From positions 25,889 through 89,888 of the forward strand of contig CAYHPW010000004.1 in NCBI GenBank assembly GCA_964358645.1: DNA of 64,000 bases, given 5' to 3'. This document shows positions 47,812-57,709 of the stretch, one piece after another. The DNA comes from an uncultured Bacteriovoracaceae bacterium (GTDB lineage: Bacteria; Bdellovibrionota; UBA1018). The notes beneath the pieces were generated by a model. The model saw only the letters and a program-made list of their open reading frames with translations, had not been told where the DNA came from and made no database searches. Position 1 is the first letter of the stretch. Every line of letters begins with the position of its first letter. The translations under genes and the position numbers were made by a program.

Positions 47812-48280
47812 CTATTCTCCCTGTCATCAAATGGTGGCCAAGCCCACAGTACTCGTTACAAAATATCGGCATTCCACCTGCTTCACGCGGTGATATGGTG
47901 ATAATCTGCTCATATCCAGGGATAATCTTAAAGTTAAGACCATCCTTGTAAAAACTTAACCCGTACAGCATGTCAGACGAGGAAATACGAAGACGATAGA
48001 CCCTGCCCTTTTTCATTTTAAAAAGCGGCACGAAACGCCACGAGTGCGCCAAAAGATAATTATCCCCTTCCTCGGCTGGCACCGCTGGGACCACCGGCGC
48101 GCCATTTACGATATCGGTCTTGTTTTTTTCAATCCATTCCATTGCTACTCTGCGGAATTCAGCAGGATCAACCCGCGAGACATCCTTAGGCAATGTCTTT
48201 AGCTCGCTAAGCCCCCAAAGTGTGTAAGAACAAAATGCAGCAAGACACGACATCACAAGGCATATCAACGCTGTACGCAT
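47798..48280 (-). CDS. Cytochrome oxidase subunit II-like CuA cupredoxin with single N-terminal TM
   Basis: 160 aa. LLAHSWRFVP (the HSW CuA His) and CNEYCGLGHHLM (C-x-E-x-C-G-x2-H-x2-M) form a complete binuclear CuA ligand set. Confidence 0.75.
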   Translation of the reverse strand: MRTALICLVMSCLAAFCSYTLWGLSELKTLPKDVSRVDPAEFRRVAMEWIEKNKTDIVNGAPVVPAVPAEEGDNYLLAHSWRFVPLFKMKKGRVYRLRISSSDMLYGLSFYKDGLNFKIIPGYEQIITISPREAGGMPIFCNEYCGLGHHLMTGRIVVED

Positions 48281-49476
48281 CTGGCTTCACCAAAGGAAGA
48301 TTTAAAAGCCTTCGCCGCTATCTCAAGGTGTTGTCGCTCATGCGTAGCCATTACAGTCACGCGGATCCTCGCAGTACCAGTCGGTACCGCTGGCGGCCTG
48401 ACCGGAAGAGCATAAACCCCCATCTCCTCAAGCGCTTCTGCTACCTTGACTGCTGCTCCTGCATCACCGACAACTATCGGGATTATCGGAGTGGGAGGCG
48501 TGCTTGGCAAATTAAAGCTGGCGCTCTTAAGACTTTCCTTTAAGAAATTTACATTATCCGCGAGTTTTAAAACCATGGCAGGCTCTTCAATTAGCATTCG
48601 CAATGATTCCCTTGATGCAGCGATCACAGGCGGCGGGAGAGATGTGGTAAAAACAAAAGGCCGAGCCTTGTTGATTAAAAAATTCTTAGTCATAACATCA
48701 CATGCAACAAAAGCTCCGAAGCTGCCAAAAGCTTTGCTGAAAGTACCCATCTGTACCAGGCCCGGTATCCCGAGTTGCTTGGCATCAGGCACGATCCCGA
48801 AATATTCAAAACTCCCGCGACCAGACTTACCAAGAACCCCTGTCGCGTGAGAATCATCCAGAACCAAAACAGCCTCGTATTTCCTGGCCAGCTCCAAAAG
48901 CTCAGGCAGCGGCGCAACATCACCATCCATGGAAAATACTCCATCAGTGACTATGAATCTTCTCCTTACGCCGATTGACGACGACAGGATATTTTCAGCG
49001 TCCTCGACTGACTTATGTGTAAACCACCGCACCTTGGCACCGGAGGCCCTCGCCCCATCGATAATCGAGGCATGATTCAACTTATCAGAAACAATCAGAT
49101 CCTCTTCGCCGGCCATGGCTGTCAGGATCGCCATATTCGCCACATAGCCAGAGTTAAACAAAAGCGCCGCCTCAGTCCCTTTAAATGCCGCGATTTCGTT
49201 CTCCAATGATTCATGGATCGATAAATTGCCGGACAGCAATCTTGAACCTGTTGATCCGCAGCCTGACCCAACGGCTGCATCACACGTGGCTTTAATAACT
49301 CTTGGATGAGTGCTGATGCCGAGATAGTTATTGGAAGCAAGACACACAAGCCATCTGCCCCGCACAAAAACAGTAGGCCCAGGTAATTCATATGACTTAG
49401 GTAAATGCCGTAGAAGGCCCTGAGTTTCTAACTCCGATAAATCTTTATAAAAGGGACTTTGCTTTTCCGGGCTCAT
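48265..49476 (-). CDS. bioF: 8-amino-7-oxononanoate synthase
   Basis: 403 aa. PLP-dependent alpha-oxoamine synthase with GTFSKAFGSFGAFV lysine motif. Confidence 0.85.
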   Translation of the reverse strand: MSPEKQSPFYKDLSELETQGLLRHLPKSYELPGPTVFVRGRWLVCLASNNYLGISTHPRVIKATCDAAVGSGCGSTGSRLLSGNLSIHESLENEIAAFKGTEAALLFNSGYVANMAILTAMAGEEDLIVSDKLNHASIIDGARASGAKVRWFTHKSVEDAENILSSSIGVRRRFIVTDGVFSMDGDVAPLPELLELARKYEAVLVLDDSHATGVLGKSGRGSFEYFGIVPDAKQLGIPGLVQMGTFSKAFGSFGAFVACDVMTKNFLINKARPFVFTTSLPPPVIAASRESLRMLIEEPAMVLKLADNVNFLKESLKSASFNLPSTPPTPIIPIVVGDAGAAVKVAEALEEMGVYALPVRPPAVPTGTARIRVTVMATHERQHLEIAAKAFKSSFGEARCVQR

Positions 49477-50732
49477 GCCAACAACTCCGCCATGACGTCA
49501 TAAATGCGGTTCACTTCATCATCTGTAACACAAAATGGCGGTACGGCATAAATCACTTTTCCAAGTGGCCTCAGGAGCACGCCAAGCTCGGTGGCTTTAT
49601 CCACTATGTCACGCCTAGCTGCTGAAAAATAATCAGGCCCGCCTTTTAACTCCACCGCACCAATGGTCCCAAAACACCTGGCGTTCATGCCAAGCCCACT
49701 GTCACAAAGTGAGGTTGTTCTTTCAGCGGTGATCTCGCTTATTTTTGCAATTCTTTGCTGGCATGAGGCGTCTTCCAAAAGCCCCCACGAGGCGACCGCA
49801 GCCGCGCATGCAATAGGGTTAGCGGTGTATGAGTGCCCATGCAAAAAAGCAAGCCGCATATCTTCAGCGTAAAACGCGGAGTAAATATCCTCACTGACCA
49901 GCGTCGCACCCAGTGGCATGAACCCGCCGGTGATACCCTTGGAAAGAACAATCATGTCGGGGGAAATACCTGCATGTTCGAACGCAAACCGCTTGCCGGT
50001 CCTGTAAAAACCAGTGAACACTTCATCAGCTATTGTCAATATCCCATCAGCCCAACAAAGATCCATAGCTTCCTTTAAAAAATCTTTCTGATAAATCCGC
50101 ATGCCGCCCGCGCCCTGAAGAAGTGGTTCAAAAATAAAAGCCGCGTACTCGCCACCGCGCGTCCGCAACAAAGCCCTAAGTGCGTCTAGGTCTCCAGGAT
50201 TCACAAAATCCACCGTTGGTAAAAGCGGCCTGAACACGGAATGAAATCCTTCAGGCTCACCTGCAGCCATAGCGCCGAACGTATCGCCATGATACGCATG
50301 CCTAAGCGCCAGGAACCGGCTTCGCCTACGCTCGCCTCCATTGATATGAAATTGATAAGCAAGCTTAAGCGCGACTTCAACCGCGGTAGAACCATTGTCG
50401 GAATAAAACACGCGAGAGACGCCAGCACCACTGTCACGAGCGCCTCCGATGAGAAGCGAAGCCAAGGTCACCGCAGGCTCGTGCGTAAAACCAGCAAACA
50501 TGACATGGTCAAGCCGCTTTGCTTGTGTTGCTATGGCTTCGGCTATAACGGGATGACTATGGCCATGTATATTGACCCACCATGATGAAATGGCATCAAG
50601 CAACTTGCCTCCGTCTGACAAGAAAATATATGCCCCCGAGGCCGAACTCACATGGATTATGCGCTCGCCAAAGCCGTGCTGGGTATAAGGATGCCAAAGC
50701 AAAAGTTTGTCCATATATTCAGTTTGGGTCAA
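49473..50732 (-). CDS. bioA: Adenosylmethionine-8-amino-7-oxononanoate aminotransferase
   Basis: 419 aa. Class III aminotransferase with ADEVFTGFYRTGKRFAFEH and LSKGITGG motifs. Confidence 0.85.
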   Translation of the reverse strand: MTQTEYMDKLLLWHPYTQHGFGERIIHVSSASGAYIFLSDGGKLLDAISSWWVNIHGHSHPVIAEAIATQAKRLDHVMFAGFTHEPAVTLASLLIGGARDSGAGVSRVFYSDNGSTAVEVALKLAYQFHINGGERRRSRFLALRHAYHGDTFGAMAAGEPEGFHSVFRPLLPTVDFVNPGDLDALRALLRTRGGEYAAFIFEPLLQGAGGMRIYQKDFLKEAMDLCWADGILTIADEVFTGFYRTGKRFAFEHAGISPDMIVLSKGITGGFMPLGATLVSEDIYSAFYAEDMRLAFLHGHSYTANPIACAAAVASWGLLEDASCQQRIAKISEITAERTTSLCDSGLGMNARCFGTIGAVELKGGPDYFSAARRDIVDKATELGVLLRPLGKVIYAVPPFCVTDDEVNRIYDVMAELLA

Positions 50733-51375
50733 ACATTTCTCCCAGTACCCGCATTGGGAAATATTCTTTCGCGTAATTTGCCACGCTTGAGTGGTTAACC
50801 TCCATAACAGGTATATGCGCCAAAACCGGAACTCGCGTAAAATCTGAAAGCACTCTTATTGCTTCCTTATCTTGTGGACCTGTCAAGATCACACCTGCAA
50901 TTTTTAAAGAATCACGGGCAGCGGCTTCAAGCGTTAAAAGAGTATGATTGATCATCCCCAGCCTCGTGGAAGCAACAACAACAAGAGGAAGATTCAATAT
51001 ACGTATGAGATCCCTCATAGTCACCGTATCAGAAAGAGGTGTGAGCAAGCCACCTGCCCCTTCGACCACCCAGCGGCATGTAGGCAGTTCATCCCACTTG
51101 CGGCGTATAAACCCAATATCTATTGAAGCGCCCTCCGCTTGTGCGGCAATGCTAGGCGCGGCTGGTTTTTTAAACTTGTACACCGGTCTAACACTTTTGA
51201 TACCGGTAAGACCGGTTACCATTCCAGTGTCTCCGCTCTCATCTGAACCGGTTTGGACAGGTTTAAAATAGCCGGTAGTATGGCCTTGGGCATTCCCGGC
51301 CGCGACAATCAAAGCACTCACCACGGTCTTGCCAACCCCGGTGTCTGTTCCTGAAACAAATATGCCTTTCTTCAT
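50719..51375 (-). CDS. bioD: Dethiobiotin synthase
   Basis: 218 aa. P-loop GTDTGVGKTVVS and overall BioD length. Confidence 0.85.
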   Translation of the reverse strand: MKKGIFVSGTDTGVGKTVVSALIVAAGNAQGHTTGYFKPVQTGSDESGDTGMVTGLTGIKSVRPVYKFKKPAAPSIAAQAEGASIDIGFIRRKWDELPTCRWVVEGAGGLLTPLSDTVTMRDLIRILNLPLVVVASTRLGMINHTLLTLEAAARDSLKIAGVILTGPQDKEAIRVLSDFTRVPVLAHIPVMEVNHSSVANYAKEYFPMRVLGEMFDPN

Positions 51376-51401
51376 AATAAGCGAGATATATACGAACGCG
51401 T

Positions 51402-51743
51402 CTATTTCGCCATGTCTATCTCAAATGCCGCGGAAATTTTTTCTTTTTCAGAAACTTCCGCTTCCCAATAAATACCAGATTTCTTGCTGAGCGGCTTGTT
51501 AATTACAGACCGGAGCGAATCTTCGGGCAATCTCATCTTTACGCATCCAGTGTCAAAAAAAAGCGCTGGGCCACTGGATTCAGCGACACTCACACATTCA
51601 GCGGCGAAGCAAAAAAATCCTCCCCCGGGGAACAAGACTTGTTCCTCAAGATTTCTACCATTAATCCCACCCTCAATCAAAGACACGCATTCAGCTTTGG
51701 TCACGCGGATCCTCACTGACCCCTTAGAAAGACGAATATTCAT
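51402..51743 (-). CDS. Small hypothetical protein
   Basis: 113 aa between mobA and bioD. No recognizable domain. Confidence 0.4.
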   Translation of the reverse strand: MNIRLSKGSVRIRVTKAECVSLIEGGINGRNLEEQVLFPGGGFFCFAAECVSVAESSGPALFFDTGCVKMRLPEDSLRSVINKPLSKKSGIYWEAEVSEKEKISAAFEIDMAK

Positions 51744-52338
51744 TGCGCCACTCCTCTGGTGTATTTAGATTATTAAAAGCTCTTTTCGATCCCTCCGGGA
51801 CATCAATACAATCAACCCTGATACGACCGAGCAACTCATTGATTGACCTCTGAGAACCTGATCCGCGCAAGCACATGGCTTCAAGCGCGTTAACAACCAC
51901 TGGAGAATTTCTTAGCATGAGCGGCAACTGATAACCGCTAAACATAATCGCCTCGGCATCGCGCTCGTGGCGGCTGGCGTGGACAAGTTTCATTAACAGC
52001 TCGACTTCAAGCAGCGGCATATCAACAGGGACAAACAAAAACCACTCCACAAGAGCGTGCGCAAAACTTGATATCACCGACCACATCCCGCCTATCGGAC
52101 CAATATCGGCTTGTCTGTCGGATACACATAGGTAGCCATCCACATTCCCGCTGACTACGACTTCACCACCAAAAGGCTCGATCACATCAGAGATCACGTC
52201 CGCGACGTGATCGATAAGACGAACACCTTTTGCATGGATTTTTGCATTAATAAGAAGCGTTGCCTTATCCCGTCCCATGCGGGTGGACTTGCCGCCCGCC
52301 ATGATCACGCCCATCACAGGCTTCTGTAACACCGTCAT
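51724..52338 (-). CDS. mobA: Molybdenum cofactor guanylyltransferase
   Basis: MGVIMAGGKSTRMGRDKATL nucleotidyltransferase motif. Start taken at MTVLQKPVMG; the track ORF extends to 52389. Confidence 0.8.
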   Translation of the reverse strand: MTVLQKPVMGVIMAGGKSTRMGRDKATLLINAKIHAKGVRLIDHVADVISDVIEPFGGEVVVSGNVDGYLCVSDRQADIGPIGGMWSVISSFAHALVEWFLFVPVDMPLLEVELLMKLVHASRHERDAEAIMFSGYQLPLMLRNSPVVVNALEAMCLRGSGSQRSINELLGRIRVDCIDVPEGSKRAFNNLNTPEEWRNEYSSF

Positions 52339-52798
52339 AACCTCCCGCCGAACAAAGGGCATGGCCGCGCACCCAGCCGCTATCTCCATCTATGTAAAAT
52401 TCCTTCTTCCAGATTGGCGCGCGGATTTTAATCTCCTCGATTACATACCGTGAAGCTTTGTAGGCTTCATCCCGGTGCGGTGAACTCACACAAATAGCCA
52501 CGCTGATTTCACCGACTTTTAGTTCACCGATCCTATGCAGAACAGCAAGACACAAATCTTGACCGAACCTGGCTCTCGCTTCAGTGGCTATTTCGAGCAA
52601 AATATTTTTTGCAAGCGGGATAAAGGCGTCATACAGCACCGACTTCACGTCCTTGCCCGCATTGTGATCACGCACGACACCAAGGAACAGCACTTCCGCG
52701 CCATGGGAATTCCCTGCACGTGAGTGTCTTGCAACAGACGATATAATTTCGGCTGGATTAATAATTTTTTCGGAAATATCACAAAAACAATTATCCAT
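52265..52798 (-). CDS. moaE: Molybdopterin synthase catalytic subunit
   Basis: VRDHNAGKDV...HRIGELKVGEISVAICVSSPHRDEAYKASRYVIEEIKIRAPIWKKE. Start taken at MDNCFC. Carries an unusually long C-terminal extension that overlaps mobA. Confidence 0.75.
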   Translation of the reverse strand: MDNCFCDISEKIINPAEIISSVARHSRAGNSHGAEVLFLGVVRDHNAGKDVKSVLYDAFIPLAKNILLEIATEARARFGQDLCLAVLHRIGELKVGEISVAICVSSPHRDEAYKASRYVIEEIKIRAPIWKKEFYIDGDSGWVRGHALCSAGGYDGVTEACDGRDHGGRQVHPHGTG

Positions 52799-52800
52799 TT

Positions 52801-53064
52801 TTAGCCTCCGCAGACCGGCGGAATAACGGCCACGGTGCAACTGTCACGGATGATGGCTTCATCGCACAAAATGCTTTTTTCATCAGCAAACGCACTTTCG
52901 GAAAGCAGGCTTCCAAATTCATGCGAATTTTTTTGGAGCTTGGTAAAAAGTTCCTGCCTCAACTGTTTAACTGAAGACCCAGCCTCAAGCTTCAAAACCA
53001 TCCCGCTGCCATATCTCCTGAATGCACCAAAAAATTTAACATTCACGTCAATCATATAAACCAC
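52801..53064 (-). CDS. moaD: Molybdopterin synthase sulfur-carrier subunit
   Basis: 87 aa ubiquitin-like protein ending in Gly-Gly (...VIPPVCGG). Confidence 0.75.
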   Translation of the reverse strand: MVYMIDVNVKFFGAFRRYGSGMVLKLEAGSSVKQLRQELFTKLQKNSHEFGSLLSESAFADEKSILCDEAIIRDSCTVAVIPPVCGG

Positions 53065-54301
53065 TCCTTAGGGGCGCAACCTCAACCAAGACACCCGGAG
53101 GGAACTCGCCACAATCTTCCTTCAACACAACCCATGCGTTGGAATCAAGCATGGGGCTTATCATAAACGACGCTTGTCCCGGCAAAATATCCACGACCAC
53201 ACTGCCATCCTTCATGGCAAGCCTGGCTTTGTAAAATGCCCTAAGCCAGTCTGGTTTTTTAACATTGTTTTTTAAAAAAGCATTAGTAGGCACTTCATCT
53301 TCACAACCTAGAACGGACCTAATGTAAGGTTCCAAAAAAAATCTCAGACCCACTGCGGTGGAAACAGGATTCCCAGGCATGGAGAAAACAACTGCTTGAC
53401 CGCCGTCATCACGTTTAGGCGCGAGTGCGAACAATATCGGCTTACCTGGTCTGATCGCGCATTTATGGAAAAGAACGGTGGCATCGATGCTTCTAAGTGA
53501 ATCAGCTACAAAATCATGATCACCCATCGAAACCGCTCCGGTTGTGATGATAATATCAGCGCCGTCATCCATCATGCGAAACATGATCTCTTTAAACTGC
53601 TCGGGATCATCCTCTACAACGCCGTAATATCTCGCCTCCGCGCCGATTTCTGACAATGCAGCCATGATGAATGGCGCCGTTGAATTGCGAACCATTCCAG
53701 GCTCTAGCTCAGGCACATCATGCGGCACAATTTCCTTGCCCGTTGAAAGTACTCCCACGCGCGGCGGTTGCCTAACCGCTACCTCAGCCACGCCAACGCT
53801 GGCCAAGGCCATGATGTGGTGTGCGCCAAGCCTCGTACCGGCTCTGACGACAATCTGCCCGGGCTTGAAATCCTCGCCTTTTCGCCTTATGTTGTCACCA
53901 ACGCCTGTCTTATTAAGAATATTATCAGGAATTATGATCGTATCTCCTTCAATCAAAACGTCCTCAACTTTTATAACAGAGTTAAAGTAAAATTCCGGAA
54001 CAGGCGCGCCGGTCATGATTTTAACCGCTACTGGCTGGTTCCCAGCGATCGCAGGATCATGATTGATATTTTCACCAGCAGCTATGTAACCGGCCACCAC
54101 GGCTCTTGATGGTTTTGACTCACAGTTGATGGCAAAGCCGTCCATTGCCGAATTATCAAATGCCGGCACATAACATTGGCTGATGACATCCACAGCGCTC
54201 ACGCGTCCCAAGCATTTCTCAAGCGGCAGGGATTCGATTTGCAAAAGACGCCCTATTGCTGCGTCACTGATGATTTTTAAAGCGTCTGGATATCTGATCA
54301 T
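53048..54301 (-). CDS. moeA: Molybdopterin molybdotransferase
   Basis: 417 aa. MoeA N-terminal and MoCF-biosynthesis domains (GDHDFVADSL, GLSMPGNPVSTAV). Confidence 0.85.
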   Translation of the reverse strand: MIRYPDALKIISDAAIGRLLQIESLPLEKCLGRVSAVDVISQCYVPAFDNSAMDGFAINCESKPSRAVVAGYIAAGENINHDPAIAGNQPVAVKIMTGAPVPEFYFNSVIKVEDVLIEGDTIIIPDNILNKTGVGDNIRRKGEDFKPGQIVVRAGTRLGAHHIMALASVGVAEVAVRQPPRVGVLSTGKEIVPHDVPELEPGMVRNSTAPFIMAALSEIGAEARYYGVVEDDPEQFKEIMFRMMDDGADIIITTGAVSMGDHDFVADSLRSIDATVLFHKCAIRPGKPILFALAPKRDDGGQAVVFSMPGNPVSTAVGLRFFLEPYIRSVLGCEDEVPTNAFLKNNVKKPDWLRAFYKARLAMKDGSVVVDILPGQASFMISPMLDSNAWVVLKEDCGEFPPGVLVEVAPLRSGLYD

Positions 54302-55418
54302 TTACACAGATCCTTTCAACAAATTCAAACACGACCCCAGTCAAAAGAACGGCAAGCATGTTGCGCGTAAACAGCACGACTGCAGCTGCCACTAAGAGCT
54401 TGATCCTGCCAAAGCCGCCACGCCAAGTGGGGGCCGCAAGCAGCATGTGGAAGATTCCGGTAGTAATAAGCAGAACGGATGTAAGAACTGCGGGGTATTG
54501 AAATGCAACGTTATCGCCCGCACGGTTTGTGATGTATGCGACATAAGCCATCAGCAAAAGTGTTGAACCAATAATTCCGTTCGCGGCCCAGCTTGTGGCA
54601 CCTCCACGTACATGCGCCGTAACACCGCCGGCGCCATGGCAAAGCGGCAACCCACCAATCAGTGCGGAAAAAATATTTAAACCTCCGATCGATCTGAGCA
54701 GTGCCCTTACTGTCACCCTGCTGGCTGATTGACCGAAGTACCGCTTTGCAACGTCTTTAGTCCCTATAACCGAATTAGCAAGCGTCAACGCCATTTGTGG
54801 AACAAGCAAAGACACTACTAACCATGGCCTTATTTGCTCGGTTTGTGGAATTTGTGCGCCATCATGATTCACGCCTGAAAACACTGCCCATAAAATACCT
54901 GCAGTGGCAATCAATCCAAGCAGCGGGAATGAAGCGAACCTGATAGCAAGACCGGCAATGCCAAGCCATCCCGCGGCGGCTAAACTTAAACTAAGGACAC
55001 CAGCTCCCACACCTTGCATACAAAGAAGAACCCCAAGCGCGAGTTGCAATGAGTGAATCAAGGAGGCTGGCACTTTTTCACTCCACTGGTTAACGGCACC
55101 TAGACTAAGAAGCAGGCAAAACAACCCCAGCATCGCTCCGCTATACCTGACTTCAGCTACTGATGCGCCAACCGCGACAGCAGCGACAGCTACTGATTTA
55201 AGAGGCTGGACTGACATCGGCACGCGGAACACGATCCCAGCCACCCAGTAAGCAACTCCAGCGCTGGCTAAAAGCACCGCGCCGGAAAACCCTGTCTTCA
55301 TCGCGAGCAAGGCGAGAAGCGGGAATAAAACCGCTCCATCAGCGAATGCCCCTAATACATTCCCAAATATTTTATCTCCGCGCATGATGCGCGCCACCGC
55401 GCATAATATGGAAAGCAT
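54264..55418 (-). CDS. Polytopic membrane transporter, putative molybdate/sulfate-permease-like
   Basis: 384 aa with 10 or more TM helices. Location inside the Moco biosynthesis cluster suggests molybdate uptake; the family assignment is tentative. Confidence 0.4.
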   Translation of the reverse strand: MLSILCAVARIMRGDKIFGNVLGAFADGAVLFPLLALLAMKTGFSGAVLLASAGVAYWVAGIVFRVPMSVQPLKSVAVAAVAVGASVAEVRYSGAMLGLFCLLLSLGAVNQWSEKVPASLIHSLQLALGVLLCMQGVGAGVLSLSLAAAGWLGIAGLAIRFASFPLLGLIATAGILWAVFSGVNHDGAQIPQTEQIRPWLVVSLLVPQMALTLANSVIGTKDVAKRYFGQSASRVTVRALLRSIGGLNIFSALIGGLPLCHGAGGVTAHVRGGATSWAANGIIGSTLLLMAYVAYITNRAGDNVAFQYPAVLTSVLLITTGIFHMLLAAPTWRGGFGRIKLLVAAAVVLFTRNMLAVLLTGVVFEFVERICVNDQISRRFKNHQ

Positions 55419-56328
55419 GCACTAACAAACCACCAAGAATGTCCAGCCCTTCTTGCACCGCCTTAGGGCTTCCAGGCAACGTTACGATAAGCGTCTTTCC
55501 TAAAAGACCGGCCCCACCTCTGCTTAGCCATGATCTATCTGTATGCAAAGCCCCTTTGCTTCTAAGCAGCTCACCGATGCCTGGCACTGGCCTGAGGTTT
55601 AGCTCATGCATGGCCTCAGGAGTAACATCACGCGGGCCAAGCCCGGTTCCTCCTGTAGTCACGATCAGGTCAACGCCTCCACTGGCAAGACTATCTATTG
55701 CATGTTTAATAATTTCTTTGTCATCCGGCAACAGCATTAACTCTACTTCAATGGCACCATGGGCCTTCAGCCAATCGACAAGCTGAGGTCCTGAGATATC
55801 GCTGGCCTCTTTCTTAAAACTGCTATCACTTATGGTGATAGCCGCCGCGCGAATGCCAGCTCCAGCGCTGGAGAGATCTATCTTGATGCTTGACTTCCCG
55901 CCCTCTTTTAACTGCAACCGTATGTCAGATATGGAAAGCGCAGAATCTATGCCCTTCAAAAGGTCATATATACAAAGAAGTGCCGCGCTCACGGCGCAAA
56001 GCGCCTCCATTTCAACTCCTGTCCTTGCTGTAGCCGATGCTTCGCAGGAAACAAGAATGGATTTTTCCTCAACTTTACATTTTAGTCTCACTGAATCCAA
56101 TTGAAGCGGGTGACACATTGGCAACATCGCGGGAGTGTTCTTTGCGGCTATCATCCCGGCGACTTCAGCAATAGCGAGCACATTGCCTTTCGGGACGGTG
56201 CCCGCTCTGACTCTGGCAATAGTCTCGGCCAAAGCGCTGATCCTGCCGCTTGCAACGGCCCTGCGCCTTGTCGGCAGCTTGCCGCCAATGTCCACCATAT
56301 TATAATTTGGCATAATATAACTTGGCAT
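55372..56328 (-). CDS. moaC: Bifunctional MoaC (cyclic pyranopterin monophosphate synthase) and MogA/MoaB-like fusion protein
   Basis: The N-terminal half matches MoaC, with TGVEMEAL identical to E. coli MoaC and the CHPL loop. The C-terminal half carries the MogA/MoaB motif [22 protein letters not shown]. Start set at MPSYIM (56328); the track ORF extends to 56421. Confidence 0.8.
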   Translation of the reverse strand: MPSYIMPNYNMVDIGGKLPTRRRAVASGRISALAETIARVRAGTVPKGNVLAIAEVAGMIAAKNTPAMLPMCHPLQLDSVRLKCKVEEKSILVSCEASATARTGVEMEALCAVSAALLCIYDLLKGIDSALSISDIRLQLKEGGKSSIKIDLSSAGAGIRAAAITISDSSFKKEASDISGPQLVDWLKAHGAIEVELMLLPDDKEIIKHAIDSLASGGVDLIVTTGGTGLGPRDVTPEAMHELNLRPVPGIGELLRSKGALHTDRSWLSRGGAGLLGKTLIVTLPGSPKAVQEGLDILGGLLVHAFHIMRGGAHHARR

Positions 56329-56341
56329 ATCAAAATTTGAA

Positions 56342-57319
56342 TCAGCCGCCGATTGCGGAAAGGCTTCTTGCATTGCCATACTTCTCCTCGTGCAGGAAAT
56401 GTGACTTCGGTTTGCGCTCAATCAAGCTCCTTATCAACTCGACCGCGGCAGGCACGTCTGATTCGCTGCCAAGCAATGGCCGAAGTGGATAATCCGACTC
56501 GCCGAACAGACAAAGCCTTAGGTTGCCTAAACTGTCAACTCTCAAGCGGTTGCAGTCCTTGCAAAAATCCTGGGAATAAGGCGCGATAACCCCTATCCTT
56601 ACCTTGTAATCAGGATGAGCAAACTCAACAGCAGGGCCATCACCTGGCTTTTTTAAAATGCTGAGCCAGCCTTTTTCAGAAAGTATTTTTCGGACACCAT
56701 CACCGGATAAATGGCTTTTTTGGAAAAAAACCTTGTTTGCGCCGGTTCTCATTAATTCAATAAAGCGAATTGAAAGATCCTTATGCCGACCCCACTCCAT
56801 AAAAGAACCGATATCCTCGTCGTTAACTCCTTTAAGCAACACCACATTAACCTTAAGGGACTCGAACCCGGCACTAAGCGCTGCGTCCAAGCCGTTCAAT
56901 ACTCCACTCAACGCATCTTTGCCGGTTATCTCGCGGAACTTGTCATCCTTAAGACTATCAATACTCACATTCAAGGAATGAAGGCCCGCTTCCTTGAGAG
57001 CGAGGACCAGCTTAGACAAACGATGCCCGTTGGTTGTTAGGGCCACTTTTCTTATGCCAGGAACTGACGAAACCACACGGACGATTTCCACGATGTCACG
57101 GCGGACGGTAGGCTCGCCTCCGGTGAGCCTGACCTTCCAAAAACCAAGCTTTGAAAACGCAATGACCAGATTTTTTATTTCTTCTACTGAAAGTGGTGAT
57201 GTACCACTTTTCTTGAAATATCCGTTTGGGAGACAGTAAACGCAGCGGAAATTACATATATCCGTCACGGATAATCTTAAATAATCGAACGATCTTCCAA
57301 GCGGGTCTGTAAGATTCAA
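56342..57319 (-). CDS. moaA: GTP 3',8-cyclase (radical SAM)
   Basis: RSFDYLRLSVTDICNFRCVYC radical-SAM CxxxCxxC and a C-terminal second cluster region. TTG start with the AAAGGGGA RBS, and an in-frame TGA immediately upstream. Confidence 0.85.
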   Translation of the reverse strand: MNLTDPLGRSFDYLRLSVTDICNFRCVYCLPNGYFKKSGTSPLSVEEIKNLVIAFSKLGFWKVRLTGGEPTVRRDIVEIVRVVSSVPGIRKVALTTNGHRLSKLVLALKEAGLHSLNVSIDSLKDDKFREITGKDALSGVLNGLDAALSAGFESLKVNVVLLKGVNDEDIGSFMEWGRHKDLSIRFIELMRTGANKVFFQKSHLSGDGVRKILSEKGWLSILKKPGDGPAVEFAHPDYKVRIGVIAPYSQDFCKDCNRLRVDSLGNLRLCLFGESDYPLRPLLGSESDVPAAVELIRSLIERKPKSHFLHEEKYGNARSLSAIGG

Positions 57320-57463
57320 TCAGAATCCCCTTTCCAAAATGGGAGGCTGCATCGTTTCCTCAAACAGCCCCGGCAAGCCGCAATCTGCGCCTGCGGTCCG
57401 GCACCCATGCCCAAATGGGGTTAGGCTGCCAGACTCGGAGAATTAATATATCACTTCTTACTG
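57320..57463 (-). ncRNA. Candidate Moco riboswitch / structured 5' leader of moaA
   Basis: 144-nt spacer between tatA and moaA, with several local stems (ccgcag/ctgcgg, gccgg/ccggggc, ccc-attt-ggg) and a CCUCCC tract next to the RBS. The Moco RNA motif classically precedes moaA. Confidence 0.3.
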
Positions 57464-57670
57464 CTAATTAACTTTATCACTATTGTCCGCAAGAAGAGTC
57501 TTGTTTTCACGCTTCTCTTCAAGAGGCCCGGCATTCTTGCCATCCATAGCGTCTTTGAATGCCTTCAAACCTTTACCTAAGCTTGAACCAAGCTCGGGGA
57601 TTCTCCTGCTTCCAAACAAAAGAACTATTAATCCGAGTATAAGAAGATGACTACCACTTAAGCCAAACAT
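57464..57670 (-). CDS. tatA: Twin-arginine translocase subunit TatA/E
   Basis: 68 aa. MFGLSGSHLLILGLIVLLFGSRRIPELGSSLGKGLKAFKDA is canonical TatA. Confidence 0.85.
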   Translation of the reverse strand: MFGLSGSHLLILGLIVLLFGSRRIPELGSSLGKGLKAFKDAMDGKNAGPLEEKRENKTLLADNSDKVN

Positions 57671-57709
57671 AATTCATTCTTATAACATCTTCTAAAAAAA
57701 TGGGAGTAC

